Shown: one piece after another, positions 13,236 to 24,278 of the stretch | How positions within the stretch are numbered: the stretch's first letter is position 1 | Layout of the letters: each line of letters begins with the position of its first letter | Assembly (NCBI GenBank): GCA_027483175.1 | Contig: JAIXVE010000316.1 | Coordinates: 1,179-65,178 of the forward strand | Length of the DNA stretch: 64,000 bases | Reading direction: 5' to 3' | Source of the DNA: Verrucomicrobiaceae bacterium | GTDB lineage: Bacteria > Verrucomicrobiota > Verrucomicrobiia > Verrucomicrobiales > V1-33 | Translations under genes and position numbers: made by a program | Notes under the pieces: generated by a model | Database searches by the model: none | Told to the model about the DNA's origin: nothing | Seen by the model: the letters and a program-made list of their open reading frames with translations, nothing else

Positions 13236-14897
13236 TCACGGCTGCACCCACGACTTCCACACAAACGCCTCAATCCCCACCTGCGTGAACCGCTTCCCTT
13301 CTGGCACCGGCCGCAACCGCAGGATGCACCTCGCCTCGCCCTCCCCGTCCTCATTCACCTCCCCGCGCCGCCGCGCCTGCCGACACTCCGCCAGCAACTG
13401 CCGCGCCACCTCGGAATCCGACTCGCAATACCCATGACAAATCACCCGCTTCTCAGGATCCGTCATCCGAAACGACATGTACCGGAACTTGTCCGGAAAC
13501 GCCCCCTCATACTTGTCCGCAGGACTCACCGTCACCCGAAACTCCCCAGGCCCAGCAGGATTCCCCGTCACAAACTCCGTCCACGACACCTCCGACCACG
13601 ACACCAGATGCTCCCAGTCAATCCGCGGCGCACCACCATCCCGCGGCAGCTCCAGCCACACCTGCCGACCCTTCACCGCATCCGCCTCAATCGTCGTAAA
13701 CGCAAAATCAATCCCCGATCCCTCGAAATTGCTCACCTCCTGCCAGTCCGTCGACACCGTGATCTTCCGCGGCGACAGCAACTGGCTCGCATAATGCCGC
13801 CGCATCCGCTCCACCGTCACCTCCGGATGCCTCACCTCCTTCGCCATCACCTCAATCGTGTCCGCATTGAAAAACCGCGTCAGCGCCGCACTCGCCGCAT
13901 CCACATACTCCCGAGACGGAGCCTCCTCCACCCCGTCACCCGCCGACTTCACCGGCGCACCCCCGAACATCCCCTTCGCAATCATCACCCCCACCCCAGC
14001 CCCCGCCAGCAACAACACCACCACAGCAATCGTCGCCGCCCGCCGAAACGACGCCGGCCGCTCCTCCACATCCCCACTCCCACCCCACTCCCCCACATGC
14101 TCCGGCGACAAATCCGCCTCATGCCTCGGTGAAAACGCCGGCCGCCTCTCCGGTGCCACCCGCGGCCCACGCGCCCTTCCCTCCGGCGCACGGCCCTCCG
14201 CCGCACGGTCGGTCCCCGTAAACAACATCCCCCCGCCCGTCGCAGGCGTCGCCCCCTCCCGCCGCACCGTCGGCAGCGTCACACTGAACTCCGCATCCCC
14301 ACGCGCCGGAATCGGCTCCACCGGCCCGGCCGATACCCCCGCCCGCGCCGCAGCCTCCGCCGCCAGCTCCCCAACCTCATGCCGCGGCGGCGGCAAATGC
14401 CCGCCCTCACGCTTCGGCCTACCCGCCGCCACCTGCTCCCCAGTCGCCAGATCCTCCACCTGCCGCCGCTCCGGCAAAACCGTCTTCGCCCGACGCTCCC
14501 CTTCCTCCACCTCCCCAACTCCCTGCCCAGGTGGCACCGCCATCGCCGCCAGCAACCGCATCGCCTCCCCACTCTCCATCCCGCGCCGCGTCGGCAACGC
14601 CGTCCCCTTCGCCCTCAACGGATCCGCCACCACAGGCTCCACTCCCTCACCCAGCGTCACCGGTCCACTCCGGTTCAACCGAAACACTTTCCGACCCGCC
14701 GCCTCGCCACTCGGCTCCTCCTCCGCCCGCACCCCGCGGACTTCCTCAAAAACCACCGGCCCCACCGCACCACTCAACTCCCGCGGCAACACCAGATGCA
14801 CGCCGCACCCAGGACACAATACTTCCGTCCCCGCATTCTCTTCATCAATCAGCAGCGGGGTCTGGCAACGGGGACAAGGTTGGACAATCTCCGGCAT
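13236..14897 (-). CDS. hypothetical zinc-ribbon / single-pass membrane protein
   Basis: 553 aa. An N-terminal double CxxC (CPRCQ...CPGCG) is followed by a long Pro/Arg/Ala/Glu-rich linker, one TM helix (IAVVVLLLAGAGVGVMIA) and a C-terminal globular region of about 230 aa. No family recognised. Confidence 0.6.
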   Translation of the reverse strand: MPEIVQPCPRCQTPLLIDEENAGTEVLCPGCGVHLVLPRELSGAVGPVVFEEVRGVRAEEEPSGEAAGRKVFRLNRSGPVTLGEGVEPVVADPLRAKGTALPTRRGMESGEAMRLLAAMAVPPGQGVGEVEEGERRAKTVLPERRQVEDLATGEQVAAGRPKREGGHLPPPRHEVGELAAEAAARAGVSAGPVEPIPARGDAEFSVTLPTVRREGATPATGGGMLFTGTDRAAEGRAPEGRARGPRVAPERRPAFSPRHEADLSPEHVGEWGGSGDVEERPASFRRAATIAVVVLLLAGAGVGVMIAKGMFGGAPVKSAGDGVEEAPSREYVDAASAALTRFFNADTIEVMAKEVRHPEVTVERMRRHYASQLLSPRKITVSTDWQEVSNFEGSGIDFAFTTIEADAVKGRQVWLELPRDGGAPRIDWEHLVSWSEVSWTEFVTGNPAGPGEFRVTVSPADKYEGAFPDKFRYMSFRMTDPEKRVICHGYCESDSEVARQLLAECRQARRRGEVNEDGEGEARCILRLRPVPEGKRFTQVGIEAFVWKSWVQP

Positions 14898-15034
14898 GGC
14901 TCTCTCTCGGGTCTCCTCCCCACCTAATGGCCCTTCCCCCCGCCGTCCAGTTCAAATCCCTCCACACCCCCAGCCCAACAATTCCGCTTTTCGCCTTGAG
15001 CCTTCCCATTCTCCTGCGTATCACCCCGCCCCGC

Positions 15035-15109
<75 letters not shown>

Positions 15110-15114
15110 TTCCG

Positions 15115-15142
15115 AAAGGCGCTCTCGAAAGGGAGCGCCTTT
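15115..15142. terminator. perfect 10-bp hairpin between tRNA-Thr and the convergent minus-strand ORF (likely bidirectional terminator)
   Basis: aaaggcgctc-tcgaaagg-gagcgccttt, followed by ccctttg on the + strand. The T-run is short, so confidence is moderate. Confidence 0.5.
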
Positions 15143-15155
15143 CCCTTTGCCCTCC

Positions 15156-15524
15156 TCACCGGCCACTCCCCAGCAGGCTGCCACGCCCCCGCAGGGTCTC
15201 ATAGTCGCGGATCTCCTCATCGTGAATCGCCTGCCACACCGCACGCTCCCGCACCACCCGCTCGTTCGCCTCCTTCACCAGCACCTCCTGCTCCTTCGTC
15301 CGCACCTGCTCCAGCAACGCTCGCGCATCCCGCGCCCGCTCCTCCGCACTGAACACCACCGCCGCCTGCCGCTCCCGCGCCACACTCAATCCCACAATCT
15401 CCTCCCTCAATCGCTCCCGTTCCGCCTCCAATCGCCCTTCATACCCACGATAAACCCAAACCACACTTCCTCCAAACAGCGCAGCCAACCCCAACACCCC
15501 AACCAAGATTTTGATCCGTCTCAA
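15156..15524 (-). CDS. hypothetical membrane-anchored coiled-coil protein
   Basis: 122 aa with a TTG start. N-terminal TM (ILVGVLGLAALFGGSVVWV), then a charged E/R-rich helical region. No family recognised. Confidence 0.45.
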   Translation of the reverse strand: MRRIKILVGVLGLAALFGGSVVWVYRGYEGRLEAERERLREEIVGLSVARERQAAVVFSAEERARDARALLEQVRTKEQEVLVKEANERVVRERAVWQAIHDEEIRDYETLRGRGSLLGSGR

Positions 15525-15664
15525 ATTTTAGAAATACGAACGCCCATCCCATACGGACGCAGAAAAATGAACTTTCCATGAATCCACCGCCGCCTTCCAT
15601 CCCTCCCCCTCGTCCCGCTCCCCCTCATTGACTTCCGCTCCCCCTCCCCTACACTCCCCACATC

Positions 15665-17841
<2,177 letters not shown>

Positions 17842-17880
17842 CAATCGCCACACACATGACAATAATCTGCGCCTTGACTT

Positions 17881-18462
17881 ATGATCCTTCGCCGAATCGA
17901 CTTCCCCAACCTGAATGTCCGGGTTGACCCAGATGCGACAAAGCCAGAAGAGGAAGTCTGCGTTGATCTTCACGTCGGGGACAGCTTCATGGAAGCGGGT
18001 TCAAGCGCTTCATATCCCCTTGATAAACCGTATATGCTGAATCCCGGCGCTTGTATTGTAGTCCGCACCAAAGAGACAATTTCGTTGCCAAACGATGTAT
18101 TTGGAACGCTTTGCGCCAAAGGCTCTTTGGCCGCCCTTGGATTTCTTGTCCCAAACACCAAGGTTGATCCGCTGTTCGCTGGCCCATTGGATATTGCGCT
18201 TTTCAACGCGGGAACTCGTCCGCTAAGCGTCGAAAAGGGGCAGGCTTTCTGTTCGGCTGTTTTTCACAGCTTGCATGGACCCATCTCTCGGATCATACCT
18301 AGAACTGGAATTCATGTGGTTGAATTGAAGCAACAACCTGCTCGGCGCATTCTTCGATCCATATCGAAGCATGTTGAATACTGGAGGGGTGTCTACGGCC
18401 TTCTTGCAGCTTTGCTAGCCATTCTCTACGGAGTCCTTAAAGCATTCGGTAAGATACCATGA
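17881..18462 (+). CDS. dCTP deaminase/dUTPase-fold paralog, predicted catalytically degenerate, with C-terminal transmembrane helix
   Basis: 193 aa. Dcd-like blocks: VDLHVGDSF, LNPGACIVVRTKETISLPNDVFG, KGSLAALGF and VDPLFAGPLDIALFN. It has Ala where E. coli Dcd has Arg115 and Glu138. The C-terminal helix is VYGLLAALLAILYGVLKAF. Low-GC DNA. Confidence 0.7.
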   Translation: MILRRIDFPNLNVRVDPDATKPEEEVCVDLHVGDSFMEAGSSASYPLDKPYMLNPGACIVVRTKETISLPNDVFGTLCAKGSLAALGFLVPNTKVDPLFAGPLDIALFNAGTRPLSVEKGQAFCSAVFHSLHGPISRIIPRTGIHVVELKQQPARRILRSISKHVEYWRGVYGLLAALLAILYGVLKAFGKIP

Positions 18463-18983
18463 TCCTCTCACAACCAGAACTCGTAGATTTCGTATCAAAG
18501 GGGGGCATTCGTCGACCGGATGGCATCTCGCCATCTGTGGATTTGGTTTCTTTGGGGTTACACCTCGGCGGACAGTTTCTTCGCTACAAGGGCGATTTGG
18601 CACCACACATACTCCCCAGCAGCCTTGAAACAAAGGCTGTAAAACTCGAAGCAGATGGATGCGTCAGCTTTCCGCCCGGCTGCTGCCTCCTCGCATCAAC
18701 GTTAGAAGTTGTAGACATGCCTCTTGATTTGATGGGATTTATTCAGACGAAAGGGACGATTGCACGAGGTTTTGTGACCGTTCATTTGTGTGATGGACAG
18801 ATTGACCCAGGTTACAATGGAAGCATCACGCTCGAGCTTGTTAATTTAAGCCAACACTCGTATCGGCTCCGCCCTGGAATAGCAATCGCTCAACTGTTCT
18901 TGCATAAGCTGACCACACCGCTTCTAGTTGGCTATCAAGGACGTTACCAGCAGGCAACGGGACCTACATCAATGCGAGCGTGA
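18459..18983 (+). CDS. dCTP deaminase-family protein (Dcd/dUTPase fold), catalytic residues retained
   Basis: 174 aa: MILSQPEL..., TKGTIARGF, GQIDPGYNGSITLELVN, RPGIAIAQLF and YQGRYQQATGPT match the Dcd signature. ATGA overlap with the upstream paralog. Confidence 0.8.
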   Translation: MILSQPELVDFVSKGGIRRPDGISPSVDLVSLGLHLGGQFLRYKGDLAPHILPSSLETKAVKLEADGCVSFPPGCCLLASTLEVVDMPLDLMGFIQTKGTIARGFVTVHLCDGQIDPGYNGSITLELVNLSQHSYRLRPGIAIAQLFLHKLTTPLLVGYQGRYQQATGPTSMRA

Positions 18984-19228
18984 TGCGCTCATTCCTTGAT
19001 TTCGCCCACTTCGTTGAACTCGTATGCGAAGAAGAGTTCCGGGTCTATCGTAGCAACGCGTCAATTTTGGATGCGGATCGCTCAGGGCACAGATTTATTC
19101 CTCCCGATCTGAGCATCCTTCAAAAAGCGAATGCCTTCAACACGCAGAGATTGAAGCCTCACTTAAACGAGATAGTTGCCACTTTCTCCCCAATCGCCCC
19201 CTCACCATCGTTATCGCGGATAACCTAA
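18980..19228 (+). CDS. small hypothetical protein (82 aa), third gene of the Dcd-fold cassette
   Basis: Its start (GTG 18980 or ATG 18983) overlaps the stop codon of the preceding gene, and it has the same low-GC composition. No recognisable motif. Confidence 0.45.
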   Translation: MMRSFLDFAHFVELVCEEEFRVYRSNASILDADRSGHRFIPPDLSILQKANAFNTQRLKPHLNEIVATFSPIAPSPSLSRIT

Positions 19229-19311
19229 CCAGCTAAAGCACTCGACAAACAAAACGTCCTCCAGCCCCGGCATTCCTCCCCTTGCAAACGCGACGCCTCC
19301 AACCCTAAAGT

Positions 19312-20490
19312 ATGCGCGGAATGAAGAAGCGAGCCACCAAGAAGCCTCCACCGCTGGCCAAAGCCAAACCAGAATCGTTGTCTTCCCTCCTCACCGAAGT
19401 CCGCCACCTCATCCAGAGCGCCCGGCGCAGCGTCTCCACCGTCGTCGACACCTTCCAGGTGATGACCAACTTCGAAATCGGCCGCCGCATCGTCGAGCAC
19501 GAGCAGAAAGGCGCGAAGCGTGCGGCGTATGGCGCGGAGTTGTTGAAGGAGCTTTCAGCGAGGCTCACGGAGGAGTTTGGGAGAGGGTTCTCCGAGGACA
19601 ACTTGTCCAACATGCGACGCTTCTTCCTGACCTGGAGGGACCGTGTGGCTCAGATTTCCGAGACAGCGTCTGGGAAATTGGTCGGAGCCGAGATTCTTCA
19701 GACTGTATCTGAAAAATCCGAGACACGGTCTCGGAAATCGGTCCCCATCTCAATTCGCCAGACGCCGGCTGGAAAACCTCCCTTCACCCTCAGTTGGTCG
19801 CACTACGTCGTGCTCATGACCATCAAGGACCCGGACGAACGCAGCTTCTACGAGATTGAATCCCACCAGGCAGACTGGGATGTCCGCGAACTCAAGCGCC
19901 AGAAAGCCTCCTGCCTCTACGAGCGCCTCGCCCTCAGCCGGGACAAGGAAGGCATCCGCAAACTCGCCAAGGAAGGCCAGGTCATCATCAAGCCGGAGGA
20001 CTTGCTGAAGGAGCCCCTCGTGCTCGAGTTCCTCGGCCTCGACTCACAGTCCAGCTACTCCGAGACCGACCTCGAGCAGGCCATCATCAACCGCCTCGAG
20101 CACTTCCTCCTCGAACTCGGCAAAGGCTTCCTCTTCGAGGCCCGCCAGAAGCGCTTCACCTTCGATGAAGACCACTACTTCGTCGATTTGGTCTTCTACA
20201 ACCGACTCCTCCGCTGCTACGTCATCATCGACCTCAAGCTCGACAAGCTCACCCATCAGGACCTCGGCCAGATGCAGATGTACGTGAACTACTACGACCG
20301 CGAAGTGAAACTCCCTGACGAAAACCCCACCATCGGCCTCCTCCTCTGCAAATCCGCCAAAAAAACCATCGTCGAACTCACCCTGCCCAAAGACGCCAAC
20401 ATCCATGCAAAGGCGTATCAGCTCTACCTCCCCTCCAAGGAACTGCTCAAGCGGAAGCTCGACGAATGGAGCGCCGCCGCTTCCCGCTAA
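19312..20490 (+). CDS. DUF1016 / YhcG-family PDDEXK nuclease-domain protein
   Basis: 392 aa. N-terminal helical DUF1016 region (RAAYGAELLKELSARLTEEFGRGFSEDNLSNMRRFF) and a C-terminal PDDEXK core (DLVFYNRLLRCYVIIDLKLDKLTHQDLGQMQMYVNYY). Confidence 0.85.
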   Translation: MRGMKKRATKKPPPLAKAKPESLSSLLTEVRHLIQSARRSVSTVVDTFQVMTNFEIGRRIVEHEQKGAKRAAYGAELLKELSARLTEEFGRGFSEDNLSNMRRFFLTWRDRVAQISETASGKLVGAEILQTVSEKSETRSRKSVPISIRQTPAGKPPFTLSWSHYVVLMTIKDPDERSFYEIESHQADWDVRELKRQKASCLYERLALSRDKEGIRKLAKEGQVIIKPEDLLKEPLVLEFLGLDSQSSYSETDLEQAIINRLEHFLLELGKGFLFEARQKRFTFDEDHYFVDLVFYNRLLRCYVIIDLKLDKLTHQDLGQMQMYVNYYDREVKLPDENPTIGLLLCKSAKKTIVELTLPKDANIHAKAYQLYLPSKELLKRKLDEWSAAASR

Positions 20491-20524
20491 GGAAACGGGG
20501 TCGGGCTGCAACTGTCTGACAAAA
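20491..20524 (+). repeat. about 34-nt direct repeat, copy 1 (immediately 3' of yhcG-like gene)
   Basis: ggaaacggggtcgggctgcaactgtctgacaaaa aligns with 22705-22737 at roughly 30 of 36 aligned positions, with one indel each way. Confidence 0.55.
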
Positions 20525-20578
20525 CATCGCCCTGTCCTTCTCGGCGGCTCCAACTCTCAGCATAAGATGCGTCCTGAA

Positions 20579-21631
20579 TCAATTCAGGGCTGCAATCAAC
20601 TCACTCATCAACTCGGACGCCTTTCGGTGTCGGATGAGCGGTGCAGCTTGTCCGGCATAGAGTGGCAGTAGAGACGAGTCGCCAAGCCGCACTCCTTCTG
20701 TTTTCACAGACTGGTTGAAGGAGGCTTGCAGCGGGAAAGGCAAGGCGGGTGAATGACTATTCTCCAGTTCATCCAGCAAAGGAGTGCTCATGAAGCGAGC
20801 GAGCCTCCCGGTAAAGCGACGGCTCAACTGCGTGCGAGCCGCTGCAGGAGTAAACAAGGCCTCGCGGTGCGGTGGAGGGCAGTTCGATTCCTCGCAGGCG
20901 AGAAAAGCAGTCCCGACCTGCACCGCATCCGCGCCGAGTTGGAAGGCCGCCCGAATGCCGCGGACTTCCGCGATGCCCCCCGCGGCAATCACCGGCTTGC
21001 GGGTGACATTTCGCACCTGCGGCACGAGCGCCAGCGTGCCCGTGAGCGATTGCTCGGCAGACCTCAGAAAGCTCGGGCGATGTCCACCAGCCTCCGAACC
21101 CGTCGCAACAATCATGTCCACGCCAGCCTCATCCAGCGCGGCAGCTTCTTCCTGCGTCGTGGCGGTTCCAACAGTCACAATGCCGCTTCGAGTGCACTCA
21201 CGCAGGATCTCGACATCCGGAATGCCGAACACAAAACTGAACACGGCCGGCCGTGTTTCGAGAATCACCTCAACCTGCTCCTCAAAGCTGAAATCATCCG
21301 GCGGCTCCATGGGCGGGGCTTCGATACCAAGACGTTCATAAATCGCACCAAACTGCCGCAAACCGGCCTCATGATGCGCGGCTGTCATTTCCTCCGCACC
21401 CGGATCATATCGCGAGACCCACAGGTTAATGTTGAAGGGCTTGGAGGTCGCCGATTGCAGATCGCGAATCACCTCCCGCATCTGGGTCGGAGACAGATGA
21501 TGCGCTCCGAAGGAGCCGAGGCCGCCCGCATTCGACACCGCCGCCGCAAGCTTCACAGACGACAACCCGCCGCCGAACGGTCCCTGAATGATGGGATGCT
21601 CGATGCCTAGGCGGGAGGTGAACGCATTCAT
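20579..21631 (-). CDS. nitronate monooxygenase (NMO / 2-nitropropane dioxygenase family)
   Basis: MNAFTSRLGIEHPIIQGPFGGGLS..., AAGGIA and a TIM-barrel FMN pattern. The track start at 21697 overlaps the upstream gene; the ATG at 21631 follows the upstream stop by 2 nt. Confidence 0.9.
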   Translation of the reverse strand: MNAFTSRLGIEHPIIQGPFGGGLSSVKLAAAVSNAGGLGSFGAHHLSPTQMREVIRDLQSATSKPFNINLWVSRYDPGAEEMTAAHHEAGLRQFGAIYERLGIEAPPMEPPDDFSFEEQVEVILETRPAVFSFVFGIPDVEILRECTRSGIVTVGTATTQEEAAALDEAGVDMIVATGSEAGGHRPSFLRSAEQSLTGTLALVPQVRNVTRKPVIAAGGIAEVRGIRAAFQLGADAVQVGTAFLACEESNCPPPHREALFTPAAARTQLSRRFTGRLARFMSTPLLDELENSHSPALPFPLQASFNQSVKTEGVRLGDSSLLPLYAGQAAPLIRHRKASELMSELIAALN

Positions 21632-21633
21632 AC

Positions 21634-22242
21634 TCAGACGGGGAACTGGTTCTCGATCACCGTTTCGCTCACGTCGAGGCGATCCCCTCGCGGCCATGGC
21701 TCCTGCAAGCTTTTGCCAATCGCGATCATGAAGCTGATCGCGTGGTCGTCGGGCAGACGGATGATTTCCGAGACCGCCTCAGGGTCGAATCCCACCATCG
21801 GGCAGGTCTCGTAACCAAGCCCCCTCGCCGCTAGCATCAGCGTCATGCCGCCCAGCGCAGTGGAACGCATCGCCTCATCGCGGATGAGCTGATCCTTTCC
21901 TGCATAGAAGCCTTTCAAGGCAGGCACCAGAATGTCCTGAACCGGCTGCGGCGCATGACTCCAGTAACGCTCCGGCTGATGCTCATGCGCCCTCAAATCC
22001 GCGCACATCACAACCAGCAGCGACGCGTCCGTCACCTGTGCCTGATCCCAGGCCACAGCGCGGATCTGTTTGCGCAGCTCCGGATCGCGCACGAGCACAA
22101 AGCGGTAGTTCTGCATGTTAAAGGACGATGGCGCGAGCCGGGCAAGCTCCAGAAGCTTGTCCACCTCAGCCTGTGGCATGACATGGGCAGAATCAAAGTG
22201 CTTGATGGAACGACGGGTTTCGATGGCTTCGAGGATATTCAT
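21634..22242 (-). CDS. nitroreductase family protein
   Basis: 202 aa: MNILEAIETRRSIKHF..., PSSFNMQNYRFVLV. Typical NfsB/FRase-like fold signature. Confidence 0.9.
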   Translation of the reverse strand: MNILEAIETRRSIKHFDSAHVMPQAEVDKLLELARLAPSSFNMQNYRFVLVRDPELRKQIRAVAWDQAQVTDASLLVVMCADLRAHEHQPERYWSHAPQPVQDILVPALKGFYAGKDQLIRDEAMRSTALGGMTLMLAARGLGYETCPMVGFDPEAVSEIIRLPDDHAISFMIAIGKSLQEPWPRGDRLDVSETVIENQFPV

Positions 22243-22346
22243 GGGATGAAGCCAGAAGTGTGTTCTCCCGGTTACTTTTGTAAACCGTCAGCGTTGCCGA
22301 TGGCGCTGAATCCGGTATCCAATCAGTAACCACCACGCCCCTTGCC

Positions 22347-22697
22347 ATGGTCCCCCGCCGCAAAAGCAAAGTCAGTCCACCACCACCGGCTTGTCCGCTG
22401 AAACTCTGCATGAGCTTCCTCGGAGGTGCCTGGACTCCGAACATCATCTGGTACCTCAGCGGCGGCCCTCGCCGCTTCACCGAGCTGAAAAACGATCTCG
22501 TGGGCATATCGGCCAAAATGCTCACCCAGCGCCTGCGCCACCTCGTCGAGATCGGCGTGGTCGATCGTCACGAACAGCCCACCTCACCTCCAACGGTCGA
22601 ATACTCGCTCACCGAAATCGGCTGCGAACTCAAACCGGCGATCGAAGCCATCGTCCGCGTTGGCGAAAAACTGAAGCGCCTGGAGAAGCAAGTCTAG
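22347..22697 (+). CDS. HxlR-family transcriptional regulator
   Basis: 116 aa: CPLKLCMSFLGGAWTPNIIWYLSGGPRRFTELKNDLVGISAKMLTQRLRHLVEIGVV...VEYSLTEIG. Divergent from the nitroreductase/NMO pair. Confidence 0.9.
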   Translation: MVPRRKSKVSPPPPACPLKLCMSFLGGAWTPNIIWYLSGGPRRFTELKNDLVGISAKMLTQRLRHLVEIGVVDRHEQPTSPPTVEYSLTEIGCELKPAIEAIVRVGEKLKRLEKQV

Positions 22698-22704
22698 GCT
22701 AGCG

Positions 22705-22737
22705 GGAAACAGGGGCAGGCAGCAACTGCCTGACAAA
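22705..22737 (+). repeat. about 34-nt direct repeat, copy 2 (immediately 3' of hxlR)
   Basis: ggaaacaggggcaggcagcaactgcctgacaaa. It contains the local palindrome caggcag-caa-ctgcctg. Homologous to 20491-20524. Confidence 0.55.
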
Positions 22738-22896
22738 TCACCTTCCTCGCTCCCGTGGGTGAATCAGCGAAGCGAAGGAACCTGAACCGAGCCCCGAATG
22801 CACCCTCCAGCCCCTTCCCGGGCGTCCCGGCGGTCCCTCGGTCGCGGTGAGTGTTCATCCTTCCTGCACTTGAACCCCGACCATCGCTGTGCCCCA

Positions 22897-23325
22897 CAAT
22901 TCGCCTTCCCCGAAGCCTTCCCCGACCGTGAGATTGTGCAGACACTGTCTGCACAACTGAGCTGGAGCCATTTTACCGCCATCGTTCCCCTGGATGATGC
23001 GCTGAAACGCGACTTCTACGCCGAGATGTGCCGCCTGGAGAACTGGAGCTACCGCACCCTGCGCGACAAGATCGGCTCCATGCTCTACGAGCGCACCGCG
23101 ATCTCCAAAAAGCCGGACAAGCTCATCAAACAGGAACTCGCCGCCCTGCGCAGCGAGGACAAACTGACGCCAGACCTCGTCTTTCGCGATCCCTACATCC
23201 TCGACTTCCTCGGGCTGAAGGACACCTATGCCGAGAAGGACGTGGAGGCGGCGATCCTGCGCGAGGTGGAGAGCTTCATCCTCGAACTCGGCGTCGGCTT
23301 TGCCTTCCTGGAGCGCCAGAAGCGG
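22897..23325 (+). pseudogene. truncated DUF1016/YhcG paralog (middle segment only)
   Basis: FAFPEAFPDREIVQTLSAQLSWSHF...FLGLKDTYAEKDVEAAILREVESFILELGVGFAFLERQKR aligns with the middle of the intact copy at 19312-20490. It lacks both the N-terminal helical region and the PDDEXK core, and homology stops 47 nt before the phd-like start. Confidence 0.65.
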
Positions 23326-23372
23326 AAGGCACAGGTGTTTGCATCACGGCCTGCATGCGTTACACTCCGAGC

Positions 23373-23579
23373 ATGAGCAAGACCGCCAAAGCACCCGAGA
23401 TCATCACCCGGCGCGGCAAACCCATTTCGGTGATCCTCCCCATCAAGGACTATCAGGCATTGCTTGATCGACTCGAAGACGCTGAGGATGCGGCCTGTCT
23501 CAAAAAAGCCCGCGCAAAGCCCCAATCCTTCCGCCCGCTGAACGAATACCTCGCCGCCCATGGAAAAGCCCGGATATGA
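23373..23579 (+). CDS. type II antitoxin, Phd/YefM-like
   Basis: 68 aa: MSKTAKAPEIITRRGKPISVILPIKDYQALLDRLEDAEDAACL.... It overlaps the relE-like gene by 20 nt. Confidence 0.8.
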   Translation: MSKTAKAPEIITRRGKPISVILPIKDYQALLDRLEDAEDAACLKKARAKPQSFRPLNEYLAAHGKARI

Positions 23580-23826
23580 GGTTCTCATCGAGCGCGCTGC
23601 CGAAAGAGACCTCCGCCGGCTGCCCACCGATGTCCATGACAGGGTAGTCGCTGCCATCATTCCCCTCGCCACCAATCCCCGGCCCCCGGGCTCGAAGAAG
23701 CTCACCGGCACTTCGAACGACTGGCGCATCCGTGTCGGCGACTACCGGGTACTCTACGACATCTCCGACAAAGTTCGCATCGTCCGCGTCTACCGGGTAC
23801 GACATCGCCGCGACGCTTACCTGTGA
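23560..23826 (+). CDS. type II toxin, RelE/ParE family
   Basis: 88 aa: YEVLIERAAERDLRRLP...KKLTGTSNDWRIRVGDYRVLYDISDKVRIVRVYRVRHRRDAY. Confidence 0.85.
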   Translation: MEKPGYEVLIERAAERDLRRLPTDVHDRVVAAIIPLATNPRPPGSKKLTGTSNDWRIRVGDYRVLYDISDKVRIVRVYRVRHRRDAYL

Positions 23827-24278
23827 AACCGCCTCAGTGAGCTGGGAAGAGTAGCCCCTCGGCTCCGCTTCCCCCGCGAATATCAGTCACGGCCTCAGGC
23901 ATGATCCAGGAAAAGTCCTTTCTTCGATGCGGCACCTGGTCCAGTGCCCGCTGATGGGCGGCCACGCCTGCGTTTTGCACGGCGCAGCGGAACGCAATGC
24001 CGCGCCAGCGGAAATCTGATCGCGAAGCCGAACCACGTAGCCGAAGGCAATTTACCAGAGATACCGATTTCGCAATACTACCCAGCGAGGCCAACGCCGA
24101 AAGATTCACCATGGCCATGCAGGACCTCGCAGGCAAGCGCCTTCGCCATCGCAGAGCCCTCCCCTGCTCACACCGCGCCCATCCACGCCTGCGGATTCCC
24201 CCGCTCGCGTCTGGACAGACCGGCCACCCCATCCTTAAATCGCCCCGGATCAGCCGCCACCCTGCTCTCCCTGCGCCC

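Noticed and set aside
22269-22287. Inverted repeat cggtt-N9-aaccg in the hxlR / nitroreductase divergent promoter as an HxlR operator.
   Set aside because: The arms are only 5 bp and extension fails, so it is too weak to annotate without comparative data.
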